NCBI GenBank assembly: GCA_963663035.1
Contig: OY760074.1
Location: 1,664,001 to 1,728,000, forward strand
From: Acidobacteriota bacterium
GTDB taxonomy: Bacteria; Acidobacteriota; UBA6911; RPQK01; JADFOI01
DNA: 64,000 nt
Reading direction: 5' to 3'
In this document: piece after piece, positions 52,711-64,000 of the stretch
Position numbering within the stretch: the stretch's first letter is position 1
How the letters are laid out: every line of letters begins with the position of its first letter
The notes under the pieces: generated by a model
What the model saw: only the letters and a program-made list of their open reading frames with translations
What the model was told of the DNA's origin: nothing
Databases searched by the model: none
Translations under genes and position numbers: made by a program

Positions 52711-53568
52711 CTACAGCATCAGTATGGGTATCTGGCGCAACTCGATTGCCAGTGGGTATGCCTGTCCATGCATGGCAAGCTGGTCCTCATCTTTTGTGTT
52801 CAAGACCAGTAAATCCACCCGGTGGTCTTTGATGAACCCTTTGTAGTCGGTGATGTGATGACCAAGTGTCACGAGCTCTTCGACCTGCAGGGCCAGACCC
52901 TCCGACCGCAGCGTCTCACTGCAGGAACGGATATAGTCATGGGGTTCCCTGAGAAGCTGTCTGCGAAGCTCTTCCCTGGCATTGTCGGTGGCAATCGTGG
53001 GAATCTTGGAAATGACGTCGATGTAACGTCCAAAAACCGCTTCATCTTCAATATGGGTTAAGAGCAAGGTTCCACTGCCTTCAGTAAAGCGGGCCGCAAA
53101 GCTCACGAGGCGATGATCTCCTGTGAGATGATCGGTGATGGCCATGACCGAACGGGGCCCTTTCAGGATCTCCTCCAGGCGCTGCTCTCTAGGATGGGGA
53201 ACGACCAGCACAGGTGATGAGGTCACCTGTGTCAGGACATCAAGCGCCTCCCCCAGACTGTAGGGCCACCTCCAAGCTTGGCTGTGAAGGTGTCGGTAAG
53301 CACAAATGAGGTCGGGACGTTCGTCCTCCACGATATCAAGAAGTTCCCGGACCGTTTGGAACTCCTCTCCCTTGACCGTCCGCCAGCTCACTGATCCATC
53401 CCCATCCAGCACGGCCAGGAAATTCCGAAGGTGGCCACTGAACTGCTCGGCCTGACCCTCATCCAGATCTGTCACCAGGAGCACTTTGCGAATCTCGATC
53501 GGCTCGTAGACATAGGATGTTTTGGTGGCAGCCTTAAAGACGCTTTCAAACTGGTCAACCTTTGTCAC
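52711..53568 (-). CDS. Universal-stress-protein-like tandem domain protein
   Basis: KVLLVTD, PDLI, PVLVVP, VDLLVL..PILML USP-like patterns. Confidence 0.6.
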   Translation of the reverse strand: MTKVDQFESVFKAATKTSYVYEPIEIRKVLLVTDLDEGQAEQFSGHLRNFLAVLDGDGSVSWRTVKGEEFQTVRELLDIVEDERPDLICAYRHLHSQAWRWPYSLGEALDVLTQVTSSPVLVVPHPREQRLEEILKGPRSVMAITDHLTGDHRLVSFAARFTEGSGTLLLTHIEDEAVFGRYIDVISKIPTIATDNAREELRRQLLREPHDYIRSCSETLRSEGLALQVEELVTLGHHITDYKGFIKDHRVDLLVLNTKDEDQLAMHGQAYPLAIELRQIPILML

Positions 53569-53624
53569 AGCACCCCTTTAGCCGGGGAAAATAGTCGGCT
53601 GAATATCAAGCTGTTTTAGTCTTG

Positions 53625-54779
53625 TCAGTTATCAGGAGTGGATTTATTGAGTTTTTCCTTGAGATCTAAAATCCGAAGGTAGGACTGTTGGATGCGCTCT
53701 CTGGAGATCGCCTCGCTCTCAACAAGCTGACGCAGAATGTTGGATGCCTTGTGAGCGACCTGGGAATCGAAGCTGGAATTATTCCCAAAAAGCAGGATGT
53801 CCACACCCGCCTTGACTGCCAGCTCAATCCCTTTCTCGAGACTATAGTTCTGGACAATCGCACCCATTTGCATGTCGTCGGAGACCACCACCCCCTGAAA
53901 GCCCAGCTGTTGACGCAGCATACCGGTGACCACCGCAGCAGAGAGCGTAGCCGGATAGGTCTTGTCCCAGTGAGCATTGTACAGATGCGCGATCATGACC
54001 ATATCGGGAAGCTGCTCGTCGATCAGGCTGCTGTAGGGCTGAAGCTCAACATCAGACCACAGGTCTGTCACATCGGGCAGACCCAGATGGCTGTCGTCTT
54101 TACTGGCCCCGTGGCCGGGAAAATGCTTCACTGCACACAGCACACCGGCTCGGTGGCATTCTTCAATAGTCCAGCGGGCATGACGCTGCACCAGCTCGGG
54201 ATCGGCACCGTAACTGCGTTCAAGTTTGGCAATAACAGGGTTGTCTGGGTTCACGGCAAGATCCAGCACTGGAGCGAAATTCAGGTTGATGCCCAGACTG
54301 GCAAGCAATTCTGCCACCTGCCTGGCAGTGGATCGGGTCACTTCTGTCTGATCCAAGCTGCCAAGTTCGGCCTGTGAGGGGGTGAGGGGAAAGCCATGCC
54401 TTTCCTTCAAGCGGGCGACTTTACCTCCCTCCTGGTCAATCGAAATAAAGAGCGGAATGCTGGCACTGGCTTGAAGCTGGGCAGTCAATTTTGTGATCTG
54501 CTCAGAGGAAACAATATTTCTCACCGGAGTTTGAGAAGGGACATCATAGTCGAACAGGACGACCCCACCCAGATGAAGATCTCTCACGGTCTGGAGAAAG
54601 GGATCATTCTCGTCTAAATCCGTCCCCCGGAATCCCACCATCAACATCTGTCCGATCCAGACATCGAGGCGCTCCTCCTCCCTTTCGGAACTGAAGCAGC
54701 CCAAGAGGGATGACCCCATGATCAACCCCACTGCCAGAGGGAGGAGCCATGGCATTGTAAGACCTGTAGTGCCTGTCAT
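53625..54779 (-). CDS. nagZ: GH3 beta-N-acetylhexosaminidase (lipoprotein)
   Basis: IDQEGGKV.R, NFAPVLD, KHFPGHG...DSH, SDDMQM. Confidence 0.88.
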   Translation of the reverse strand: MTGTTGLTMPWLLPLAVGLIMGSSLLGCFSSEREEERLDVWIGQMLMVGFRGTDLDENDPFLQTVRDLHLGGVVLFDYDVPSQTPVRNIVSSEQITKLTAQLQASASIPLFISIDQEGGKVARLKERHGFPLTPSQAELGSLDQTEVTRSTARQVAELLASLGINLNFAPVLDLAVNPDNPVIAKLERSYGADPELVQRHARWTIEECHRAGVLCAVKHFPGHGASKDDSHLGLPDVTDLWSDVELQPYSSLIDEQLPDMVMIAHLYNAHWDKTYPATLSAAVVTGMLRQQLGFQGVVVSDDMQMGAIVQNYSLEKGIELAVKAGVDILLFGNNSSFDSQVAHKASNILRQLVESEAISRERIQQSYLRILDLKEKLNKSTPDN

Positions 54780-54981
54780 GAATTCCAGGAATAGCCGGCA
54801 GATGATTTCGTCGCTGCAGTAAATAACTTATGCATAGTCTGGGCCCAGCTTACCACCATCTCAAGCCTATGGTCACAAGAATGGTTGATAATAGTAGATT
54901 ACAGCGCTCTGCCAAGAGGGAACGGAGATCAGCATCAGTCGAAAGCATACTCTCAAACTCGGCCTCGGACTCCTCATTACG

Positions 54982-55989
54982 ATGCTCTGTCTGATTTTCG
55001 CTCTATGGGGAATCGAAGTGGAACAAGTCAAGCAAGGCTTTCTGCGGGCCAACTACGCCACCCTGCCCATCCTCCTGGGCCTCCTCTTCTTCTTCTTTTG
55101 GTTAAAAGCCATCCGCTGGCGACTTCTTCTTCAACCCCTGAGGGCCTTCCGGACAAAAGAGGTGGTTCCATCCTTAATGATTGGGTTTATGGGCAACAAC
55201 CTGCTTCCGGCACACCTGGGTGAGCTCATCCGAGTCTTCGTTCTGGCTCGAGAATTTTCTCTGGCAAAAGCTGCCGTCTTCTCAAGCGTAGTCCTTGAGA
55301 GGCTCCTTGACACAGCCGTCATCCTCATCTTTCTGGTCATGAGCTTCATGCTGACGGAGGCGCTGCCGCCCTGGATTGAGGCGGGAACCCTCTTATTGGC
55401 AGTCCTTGCCTCATCCACCATCTTGCTCTTGGCCGCCTCCGTGTTGTGGACCCAACCGTTCATCCGAGCGGCCCAACGAGTCTTCTCTCGCCTTCCCGCA
55501 GACCTCTGCACAAAGCTTACCGATATCATGGTTGCAGGGATCCTTGGCCTTACCTCCCTGCGAAGAGCAAAACTCGCCTTCTGGGTTGTCCTGACCTCAA
55601 TCCTACAGTGGCTGCTGATGGCAGGGATGGTTTACGTCGCCCTGTGGAGCTTTGGACTCCACCTTCCACTCTTGGCTTCGTTTCTGATTGTTGGAGTGAC
55701 TGCGCTTGGGGTAACGATTCCTTCCGTACCCGGCTTCTTCGGAATCGTCCAGCTGTGTTTCTGGGTGAGCCTGCAACCCTTCGGGGTGGAGAAAGCGGAT
55801 GCTTTTGCTACCTCCATATTCTTCCACCTGAGTCAGTATGTACCGGTCACCCTACTGGGTCTCTACTATCTCAACCGCCGAGGGTGGCAACTGAAGCAGA
55901 TCGACAAAGAGGCGGCTGAAGAGAAGGGGCAGGTTTTGACAGACTCGGGAGACAGAGGATCAGTAAAGGGGTCCGCATCTACGAAGTAG
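54982..55989 (+). CDS. Lysylphosphatidylglycerol-synthase-TM (flippase-like) membrane protein
   Basis: KAIRW, NNLLPAHLGELIR, ERLLD, PSVPGFFG. Confidence 0.85.
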   Translation: MLCLIFALWGIEVEQVKQGFLRANYATLPILLGLLFFFFWLKAIRWRLLLQPLRAFRTKEVVPSLMIGFMGNNLLPAHLGELIRVFVLAREFSLAKAAVFSSVVLERLLDTAVILIFLVMSFMLTEALPPWIEAGTLLLAVLASSTILLLAASVLWTQPFIRAAQRVFSRLPADLCTKLTDIMVAGILGLTSLRRAKLAFWVVLTSILQWLLMAGMVYVALWSFGLHLPLLASFLIVGVTALGVTIPSVPGFFGIVQLCFWVSLQPFGVEKADAFATSIFFHLSQYVPVTLLGLYYLNRRGWQLKQIDKEAAEEKGQVLTDSGDRGSVKGSASTK

Positions 55990-55992
55990 CTG

Positions 55993-56265
55993 AGTACTCC
56001 CTTTCATAAATACGGTAACGTTTGCGGATGGGGCTTGCGAGGCGAGGTCGCGAAGGGAGGAGGAGGCGATGTCAGGGACATCGACGACGACGAGTGACAA
56101 AGAGATCGCCCGCAACCCCCATCCGCCCGAAGGGTTGGGGCGGGACGGGCCCATCTCTTTGTTGCTCCTCCTCGCCGATGTCTCGACATCGACTCGTCGT
56201 CGCGCCTCGATCTGGGCTCCGTCGCACCCCCAACAAACGTTATCGTATTTATGAAAGTGAGTACT
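55993..56265. mobile_element. MITE-like element between convergent genes
   Basis: About 32-bp TIR AGTACTC(C/A)CTTTCATAAATACG(G/A)TAACGTTTG; TGAGTACT repeated at the ends; nested internal IRs. Confidence 0.75.
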
Positions 56266-56272
56266 TGAGTAC

Positions 56273-57535
56273 TTACTGTGCGAGGAGATCGGTCACCTTG
56301 GTCACCCCATGTTCTTTGAGTGATTGATCCCAACGCTGAATCAGATAGTATTTCTCTTCTTCGAAGACGCGGTTGATATTCTCCAAATAAAGTTCAACTT
56401 CTTCTCTATCCATGTTCTGCGCTTTATTAACAAAGGAGAGCGTTCTGGAATAGTAAAAGGGCATCAACGCGTTCAGAACTTCGTTCCTGTCAAAAACCTG
56501 GCTCCGGTAGGCCACGGCAAAATCGAATAGAATGTGTGCCCACACATCACTGGAATAATAAAACTGCTGGCAGGTTCGTTTTTTCAGCCTCTCCACTTCC
56601 CTCCAGTTTTGTGGGGACAGCACTTTCCTCCACAAATCCTTATACTGCTTGGCTCCGGACAGGAATGAGTCATACAAGCGGTCACGAGAGACATGCACTT
56701 CTGGTGGCTGACTCCTGCCTCCCAGCCCGAATCCGTATACAGTACTCGGTCGCGATTCAAAGGTGTCCTTCCACAGGAATTCAAAGTCAATCATGAGTTG
56801 GAAAATTGTTCCCACCACCTGAAAGAACATCGATCCCAGGTCGGTGGCCGGGTCCTTCGTTCGATGGATCTTCGGCGAGCCCATGAATGTCTGGCACACA
56901 TTGAAGTGCCTCCCAATGGCGATGGTGGTCATCCAAATGTCGATCCCGAAGTTTGCCACTTCCTCGCTCCAGGTCTTCTCCACGAGGAAAGAGCGGGCCA
57001 GCTTGCCGGAGATCCCGAAATCCCCGCCGATGGGCTGACGAACACGAAGCCCGTAGAGGGTTCGCAGGAGTGGATAGGCAATGTTCTTTGTAATCGTGCC
57101 GTCGAATTTATCTCTGGAATAAATCGGCACAACGTAGTCATACCCGTCAAAGAGCGGCTCAGCCAGATGTTGAATCCAGCTGGGTGTCATGCTCTGAAGA
57201 TCGGCATCAATAGTCAGAATGACCTTGGCCTTGAATTCAGCGGCTAATTCAAACAGATTACGAATATTATTCCCTTTGCCTGCGACCCCTTCAGCGGTGG
57301 AAACATAGATTTTCGGCACCTTCGTTGAAGTGTTTAAGAACGCCTCCCTGGTCCCGTCCGATGAGTGATTATCAACGTTAACGATGACTGAAGACCTGTC
57401 TGAAAAGTGTTTCAGAAGACCTTGGCTGGCTATATCAGTAGGAACGGCTATGGAATCGGCTTCATTGTAGGAGGGAATTCCAACCACAATTTCAGCGCTG
57501 ACAACATTGTCCGGATTTTCTATTTCAGCAATCAT
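56273..57535 (-). CDS. GT-A glycosyltransferase (glucosylglycerate/mannosylglycerate synthase-like)
   Basis: VGIPSYNE, DGT, GKG, IDADL, RQPIGGDF, FGIDIWMT. Confidence 0.75.
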   Translation of the reverse strand: MIAEIENPDNVVSAEIVVGIPSYNEADSIAVPTDIASQGLLKHFSDRSSVIVNVDNHSSDGTREAFLNTSTKVPKIYVSTAEGVAGKGNNIRNLFELAAEFKAKVILTIDADLQSMTPSWIQHLAEPLFDGYDYVVPIYSRDKFDGTITKNIAYPLLRTLYGLRVRQPIGGDFGISGKLARSFLVEKTWSEEVANFGIDIWMTTIAIGRHFNVCQTFMGSPKIHRTKDPATDLGSMFFQVVGTIFQLMIDFEFLWKDTFESRPSTVYGFGLGGRSQPPEVHVSRDRLYDSFLSGAKQYKDLWRKVLSPQNWREVERLKKRTCQQFYYSSDVWAHILFDFAVAYRSQVFDRNEVLNALMPFYYSRTLSFVNKAQNMDREEVELYLENINRVFEEEKYYLIQRWDQSLKEHGVTKVTDLLAQ

Positions 57536-57620
57536 CTCCGCTCCATCAATTCCCCACTACCGGGGCGAGAGCCTTTGAAGAATCCCGCCTAGATTCAGTG
57601 TAACGCAAACATATGTCCTA

Positions 57621-57659
57621 ACTTCAACTAGCTTCGACTAGCTTCGACTAGCTTCGACC
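57621..57659. repeat. 10-bp tandem repeat
   Basis: (CTTCGACTAG) about 3.5 copies. Confidence 0.8.
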
Positions 57660-57705
57660 ATTGTGAGGGGATTTTTGACCGCAATTCCCAGAGAGTGGGC
57701 AGGCC

Positions 57706-58251
57706 CTAGCCAGACTTCTTCATGAGTTCAGCCAGGTTCAGCTGAATCGATTGATTGGAGTGCATGAGTTCGGCAAGAATCTCGTCACGAGATTGAGTCG
57801 TCACGCGACTTTTCTTGCGGTCATCTTCCAGAAAGAGCCACAGGTCCTTTCGGATCGGCTCGGGAAGAATGCTCTCCAGATACTCCAGGGCAGTGCCTTT
57901 GAGATTTCTGTTATCGGTATGCAAGCCGCGAAAGGCAATCGTCAGCGGCTCTCTGGGCAGAACCAGTGAAAGGAGGGTGAACACATGCTCCAGGCTGCGG
58001 CTGGACCGGTCATGAAGGAACTCATCGACAAGGAGCGAGCTCTCCTCATCCTCCTCCAGCTGATCGAGCAGTCGGTGGCTCTCCCACACTCTCCTGCCCA
58101 CCGCCACTTCACGAAGCACTGCCGAAAAGACCAATTCCCTCTCGAGATGAATCTCTGCGTTCTTGTCCAGGATGTGTGCCAGGGCTCGCCCACACTGGAA
58201 GCGCACCTCAAAACGCGTGTCCTGGAGAGCGATCCAGAGCCCCTCGACAGC
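57706..58251 (-). pseudogene. C-terminal HEAT-repeat fragment, truncated by IS3
   Basis: LQDTRFEVRFQCGRAL, LEHVFTLLSL, GTALEYLE; 5' part missing. Confidence 0.7.
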
Positions 58252-59518
58252 TGACCTGCCCCCACGAACGAGTCCACCCTCTATGCTAGACCCGGGACCA
58301 TTTGAAGTCCACTCCAAGGGATTGGATCCAGTGCCTGCGACCTAGGTAGTTTGGCCTCTGGCGCCGGCGGCCGATAGGCCAAGGCGCTGTGAGGCCGGAT
58401 CTGATTGTAATCCCTCCGCCAGCGTTCTACCAACACCTTGGCTTCCCCCAGCGTGTCGAAGATCTCCATGTTCAGCAGCTCATCCCGTAGTTTCCCGTTG
58501 AAACTCTCAATGTACCCATTCTCCCAGGGGCTGCCCGGCTCGATGTACAAGGTCCTTACCCCAACAGCCTGCAGCCAGTCCCGGACCGCCTGTGCCGTAA
58601 ACTCCGATCCGTTATCGGACCGGATAAACTCAGGCACTCCCCGATCAACGAATAACTCCGCCAGCCGGTCCAACACGTCTTGGCGATTCATCTGCCGTTT
58701 CACATCAATGGCGAGGCACTCTCTGGTGTACTCATCCAGGATCGTCAATAGCCGAAAGGCTCGCCCATCATGGGTCCGTTCATGCACGAAATCATAGCTC
58801 CAGACGTGGTTCTTGCGAGCCGCTCGTAACCGAACACAGGAACCGTCATTAAGCCACAGCCTCCTTCGTTTCGGCTGTCTGGACGGGACTTTCAGCCCTT
58901 CTTGTCTCCACAGCCTCTCCACCCGCTTAGGATTCACCTTCCACCCTTCCCCATGAAGTATCGCCGTGACCCGCCGGTAGCCATAACGCCCGTATTGCGT
59001 AGCCAACTCCACCATCCGGGCCACCAATCGGGCCTCATCATCGGGAATTTGCCTTTCCCTTCGCTGGGTCGATCGAACCTGTCCCAGCACTTGGCAGGCC
59101 CGACGTTCGGAGACTCGCTCTGCTCCTAATCGCTCTCGTACCCACATCACCGCTCGTCTCCTGTTCGCCGGGCCTAGAAGTTTCCCGAGGACACTTCCTT
59201 CAGGATCTGCTTGTCCAAAGACAGATCCGCCACCAGCTTCTTCAACCGGGTATTCTCCTTCTCCAACACCTTCAACCTCTTGGCCTGGTCCAACCGGAGC
59301 CCTCCGTACTCTTTGCGCCACCGGTAGTAGGTCTGCTCGCTCACCCCCATCTGCTTCGACACCTGTCCCACCCTCTGTCCTTGGGCCAGACCCACCTCTG
59401 CCTCACGCAGCTTCATGATGATCTGTTCTGCCCTAAACCGCTTCCCTGCCATCCTTGCCTCCTTCCTAAACCGGAAATCCTAACATTCAAACTGGACTCG
59501 TTTTAGGGGGCAAGGTCA
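58252..59518 (-). mobile_element. IS3-family element copy 2 (1267 bp)
   Basis: Same IRs as copy 1; transposase differs by H/R in QMN(H/R)QD. Confidence 0.95.
58281..59452 (-). CDS. IS3 transposase (orfA 59174-59452 plus orfB)
   Basis: As copy 1. Confidence 0.92.
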
Positions 59519-59582
59519 CCATGACCACCATCAACTCGAGTAGCGTGAAGGCTTTCTCGTCACTGATTCGGCGACGGCCCAA
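59519..59582 (-). pseudogene. N-terminal fragment of a prepilin/pseudopilin cut by IS3
   Basis: TTG start after GGAGG; RRRISDEKA-FTLLELMVVM N-methylation motif. Confidence 0.7.
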
Positions 59583-59699
59583 AAAATGGCCCTCCGACCC
59601 GAGAACTGCATTTAGTTTAGAAGATAGAATCAGCACACACTCACCCGAAAAAACAGCTCAGAGATGACCCGAAACAGACAGCTACGCAACCGCATACAG

Positions 59700-59714
59700 G
59701 CAAGGACTGTGCCA
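59700..59714 (-). promoter_or_regulatory. Sigma-54 promoter of the pilin gene
   Basis: TGGCAC-AGTCC-TTGC; IHF-like TATCAATCAGTTA at about 59767. Confidence 0.65.
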
Positions 59715-59951
59715 CTCGTCCGGTCCCTTCTCAGAAGATGTGAATCATGTACTTTAACTACCTATTTATCAATCAGTTATGGCTATTGGCAGGCCGGCAT
59801 ACAGAGGATTTCGGCGGGTGGGAATTTCGGTTCCTTCCCCCCAGTGTCCACCTGGGTTGACACTGAATGCTTTCTTGGAAAGATAAGTTTAATCAGATCA
59901 AGCAGTTATATAGTTCCAACGAGAAGCAGAAAGGATGTAAACTAGGGAACC

Positions 59952-61724
59952 ATGCATGAAGTCTGGCTGACACTGGGACTCCTACTCGTTGCCCTCCTTT
60001 TCTTTGTGACCGAGTGGATTCGATACGATGTGGTCGCCCTTCTCGTCCTGGTGTCCTTGAATCTGAGTGGCATTCTTACCCTGGAGGAATCCTTTTCTGG
60101 CTTCAGCAATCCCGCTGTCATCACAGTGGCCACCGTCCTGGTCATGAGCCAGGCAGTGCAAAACTCCGGCCTGGTTCAGATCGTGGGAGTCAAGATGATT
60201 GAGTGGGGCAAGACCCCGCTTCGCCTGACCTTTATGATTATGCTTTCTGTTGGAGCCATCTCTGGGTTTATCAATGACATCGGGACGGCAGCCTTGTTTC
60301 TGCCACTGGTGATGATGGTCGCTCGTAAGGTGGAGCTTCCTCCCTCGAAACTCCTGATCCCTCTTTCCTACGGATGTCTGCTGGGGGGAACCCTGACCTT
60401 GATTGGGACCCCACCCAACATTCTGGTCACACTCATTATGGCCGAGCACGATATTGAGCCCTTCAGGATGTTTGACTTCACCCCGATCGGGGCCATTATT
60501 CTTCTCACCGGAATTTTTTATATGACTTTTGTGGGTCACCGCCTGCTGCCGCTGCGCCGGGGAGAGGCCAGCTTGATGGATCGGTTCAAAATCCAGGACT
60601 ATCTCACCGAACTTGTAATCACCGCCAAGTCTCCCCTGGCCGGCCAGCGTCTGGATGAAATCGATTTGGGGAAGGAGATCGACTTCACCATTCTGGGAAT
60701 TATCCGCGACCAGAAGACCGTACTGATGCCCTTGCGGCAGGAGCGGATCGAGGAGGGAGACCTCCTGCTGGTGGAGGTCAACCCGAAAGACTTAGGCAGG
60801 CTCAGCAGTCAGGCGGGACTGGAGATCGTGCCCGACGTGGAACCGGGCGAGGAGGACATCAGCTCCAAAGATATCGAGGTGGTGGAAGCAGCGGTTATGC
60901 CCGACTCCCGCCTGGTGGGGAGAAGCTTGCGGCAATTGAATTTCCGACGCCGCTTTGAGTTGACCGTCATGGCCATTTCGCGGCAGGGAGAACCGGTGCT
61001 CAGGCGGCTTGCCGAGGTTCAACTCCAAGAAGGTGATGTGCTGCTCATCCAGGGAAACCGTCAAAGGATCGATACCGCCTTACCCAGGCTGGGCTGCCTT
61101 CCTCTGGCCGATCGGGAGATCTCGCTGAAAGTAGCTGTCCATCCCTTGCGTGTTCTGGGGATCTTTCTGGGGGCGATCCTGCTGGCTTCCACAGGAGTTC
61201 TGCACGTCTCCATGGCTTTCACCCTGGGTGCTTTCCTCATGATCTTCACCGGCTGCATCACCACGCGGGGAGTTTACGCAGCGATCGAGTGGCCGATTCT
61301 CATTCTCATGGCGGGAATGATCCCTCTGGGCACGGCCATGGTGAAAACCGGGACCGCCACCTGGGTGGCCAACTCCTTGATCGGACTGCTCGGCACCACC
61401 AACCCCTACCTGATTATGGGGTTACTCTACATGCTCATCACCGCTCTCACCAGTGTGCTCAACAACCCCACGGTGACAGTCGTTACGGCTCCCGTTGCTA
61501 TCGATTTGGCCTCGAATCTGGGTCTGAGTCCCCTCCCCTTCTTGATGCTGACGGCAGTGGCAGCCTCCTGCGCCTTCCTTTCACCGGTGGCCCACAAAGC
61601 GAACATCTTGGTGTGGGGACCGGGCGGATATAAATTCACTGATTATACGCGCGTCGGACTCCCCCTGAGCCTGCTCATCGGCTTGATCTGCATCTTCGTC
61701 ATCCCCATGCTCTGGCCCTTTTAA
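59952..61724 (+). CDS. SLC13 family permease with TrkA-C domains
   Basis: FSGFSNPA, GGTLTLIGTPPN, two TrkA-C repeats, GPGGYKFTDY. Confidence 0.9.
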   Translation: MHEVWLTLGLLLVALLFFVTEWIRYDVVALLVLVSLNLSGILTLEESFSGFSNPAVITVATVLVMSQAVQNSGLVQIVGVKMIEWGKTPLRLTFMIMLSVGAISGFINDIGTAALFLPLVMMVARKVELPPSKLLIPLSYGCLLGGTLTLIGTPPNILVTLIMAEHDIEPFRMFDFTPIGAIILLTGIFYMTFVGHRLLPLRRGEASLMDRFKIQDYLTELVITAKSPLAGQRLDEIDLGKEIDFTILGIIRDQKTVLMPLRQERIEEGDLLLVEVNPKDLGRLSSQAGLEIVPDVEPGEEDISSKDIEVVEAAVMPDSRLVGRSLRQLNFRRRFELTVMAISRQGEPVLRRLAEVQLQEGDVLLIQGNRQRIDTALPRLGCLPLADREISLKVAVHPLRVLGIFLGAILLASTGVLHVSMAFTLGAFLMIFTGCITTRGVYAAIEWPILILMAGMIPLGTAMVKTGTATWVANSLIGLLGTTNPYLIMGLLYMLITALTSVLNNPTVTVVTAPVAIDLASNLGLSPLPFLMLTAVAASCAFLSPVAHKANILVWGPGGYKFTDYTRVGLPLSLLIGLICIFVIPMLWPF

Positions 61725-61772
61725 AAGATTCTCTTGCTCATAGGAGGCTAGCTCTTTAGACTGGGCAATAAT

Positions 61773-62081
61773 ATGGCTCGAAGACCTGTCAGGCGTAGAT
61801 GGCCTAGAAGGAAGAAGAAGAAACCGAAGAAGGACGCTGGCACGGTCACTGAAGAGCGAAAACCGAAGCAAACAGATGCCCTTGAGATGAACGGGACGGT
61901 CATCGAGCCGCTGCCCAACACCATGTTTCGCGTGGAGCTCGAAAATGGGAAGGTCGTTCTAGCCCACATTTCCGGGAAGATGCGCCGCTATCGTATCCGA
62001 ATCCTGAGAGGGGACAAGGTGATCGTCGAACTCTCCCCATATGACCTCACAAGAGGCCGTCTGGTATATCGCTTCAAGTAG
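61773..62081 (+). CDS. infA: Translation initiation factor IF-1 with N-terminal basic extension
   Basis: [45 protein letters not shown]. Confidence 0.95.
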   Translation: MARRPVRRRWPRRKKKKPKKDAGTVTEERKPKQTDALEMNGTVIEPLPNTMFRVELENGKVVLAHISGKMRRYRIRILRGDKVIVELSPYDLTRGRLVYRFK

Positions 62082-62112
62082 GAATTACCTCCTGTACAGC
62101 CTAATATCTTAG

Positions 62113-64000
<1,888 letters not shown>

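Overview
Bacterial chromosomal window, most consistent with Acidobacteriota (inferred from the 'SWKEIA' HTH-TM-TPR receptor family, SBBP-type secreted proteins and several sigma-54 promoters). About 1-12.5 kb is accessory stress and secreted cargo: DEAD-box helicase, Asp-box lipoprotein, katG with a divergent HugZ-like gene, a carboxypeptidase-regulatory-repeat protein, and an HTH-TM-TPR receptor with a divergent secreted protein. About 12.6-29.7 kb is a decayed integration hotspot centred on tRNA-Gly(CCC). It holds two co-linear 151-bp att-like units, an IS481 remnant bracketed by tRNA copies, an archaeal-type ATPase, two orphan iteron-like clusters, IS3, two inverted IS256 copies enclosing dif-like sites, MazEF and a HEPN pair, and several gene remnants. 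No integrase gene is visible. About 29.8-64 kb is mostly core metabolism (HAD, folB, IscA/HesB, moeB, mqnD, proline dehydrogenase, queF, ispH, osmoprotectant ABC transporter, nagZ, GT2, SLC13, infA, partial thiC). It also contains an exported CHAT protease coupled to a TPR/pseudo-zincin protein, a CarH-like regulator lacking the cobalamin ligands, two MITE-like elements, heptamer arrays and a second IS3 joining two unrelated broken genes. Homopolymer frameshifts and a sequence mosaic at 22.3-22.7 kb suggest consensus errors or strain heterogeneity, so read-level checks are needed. All family calls come from motif recognition by eye, not database searches.
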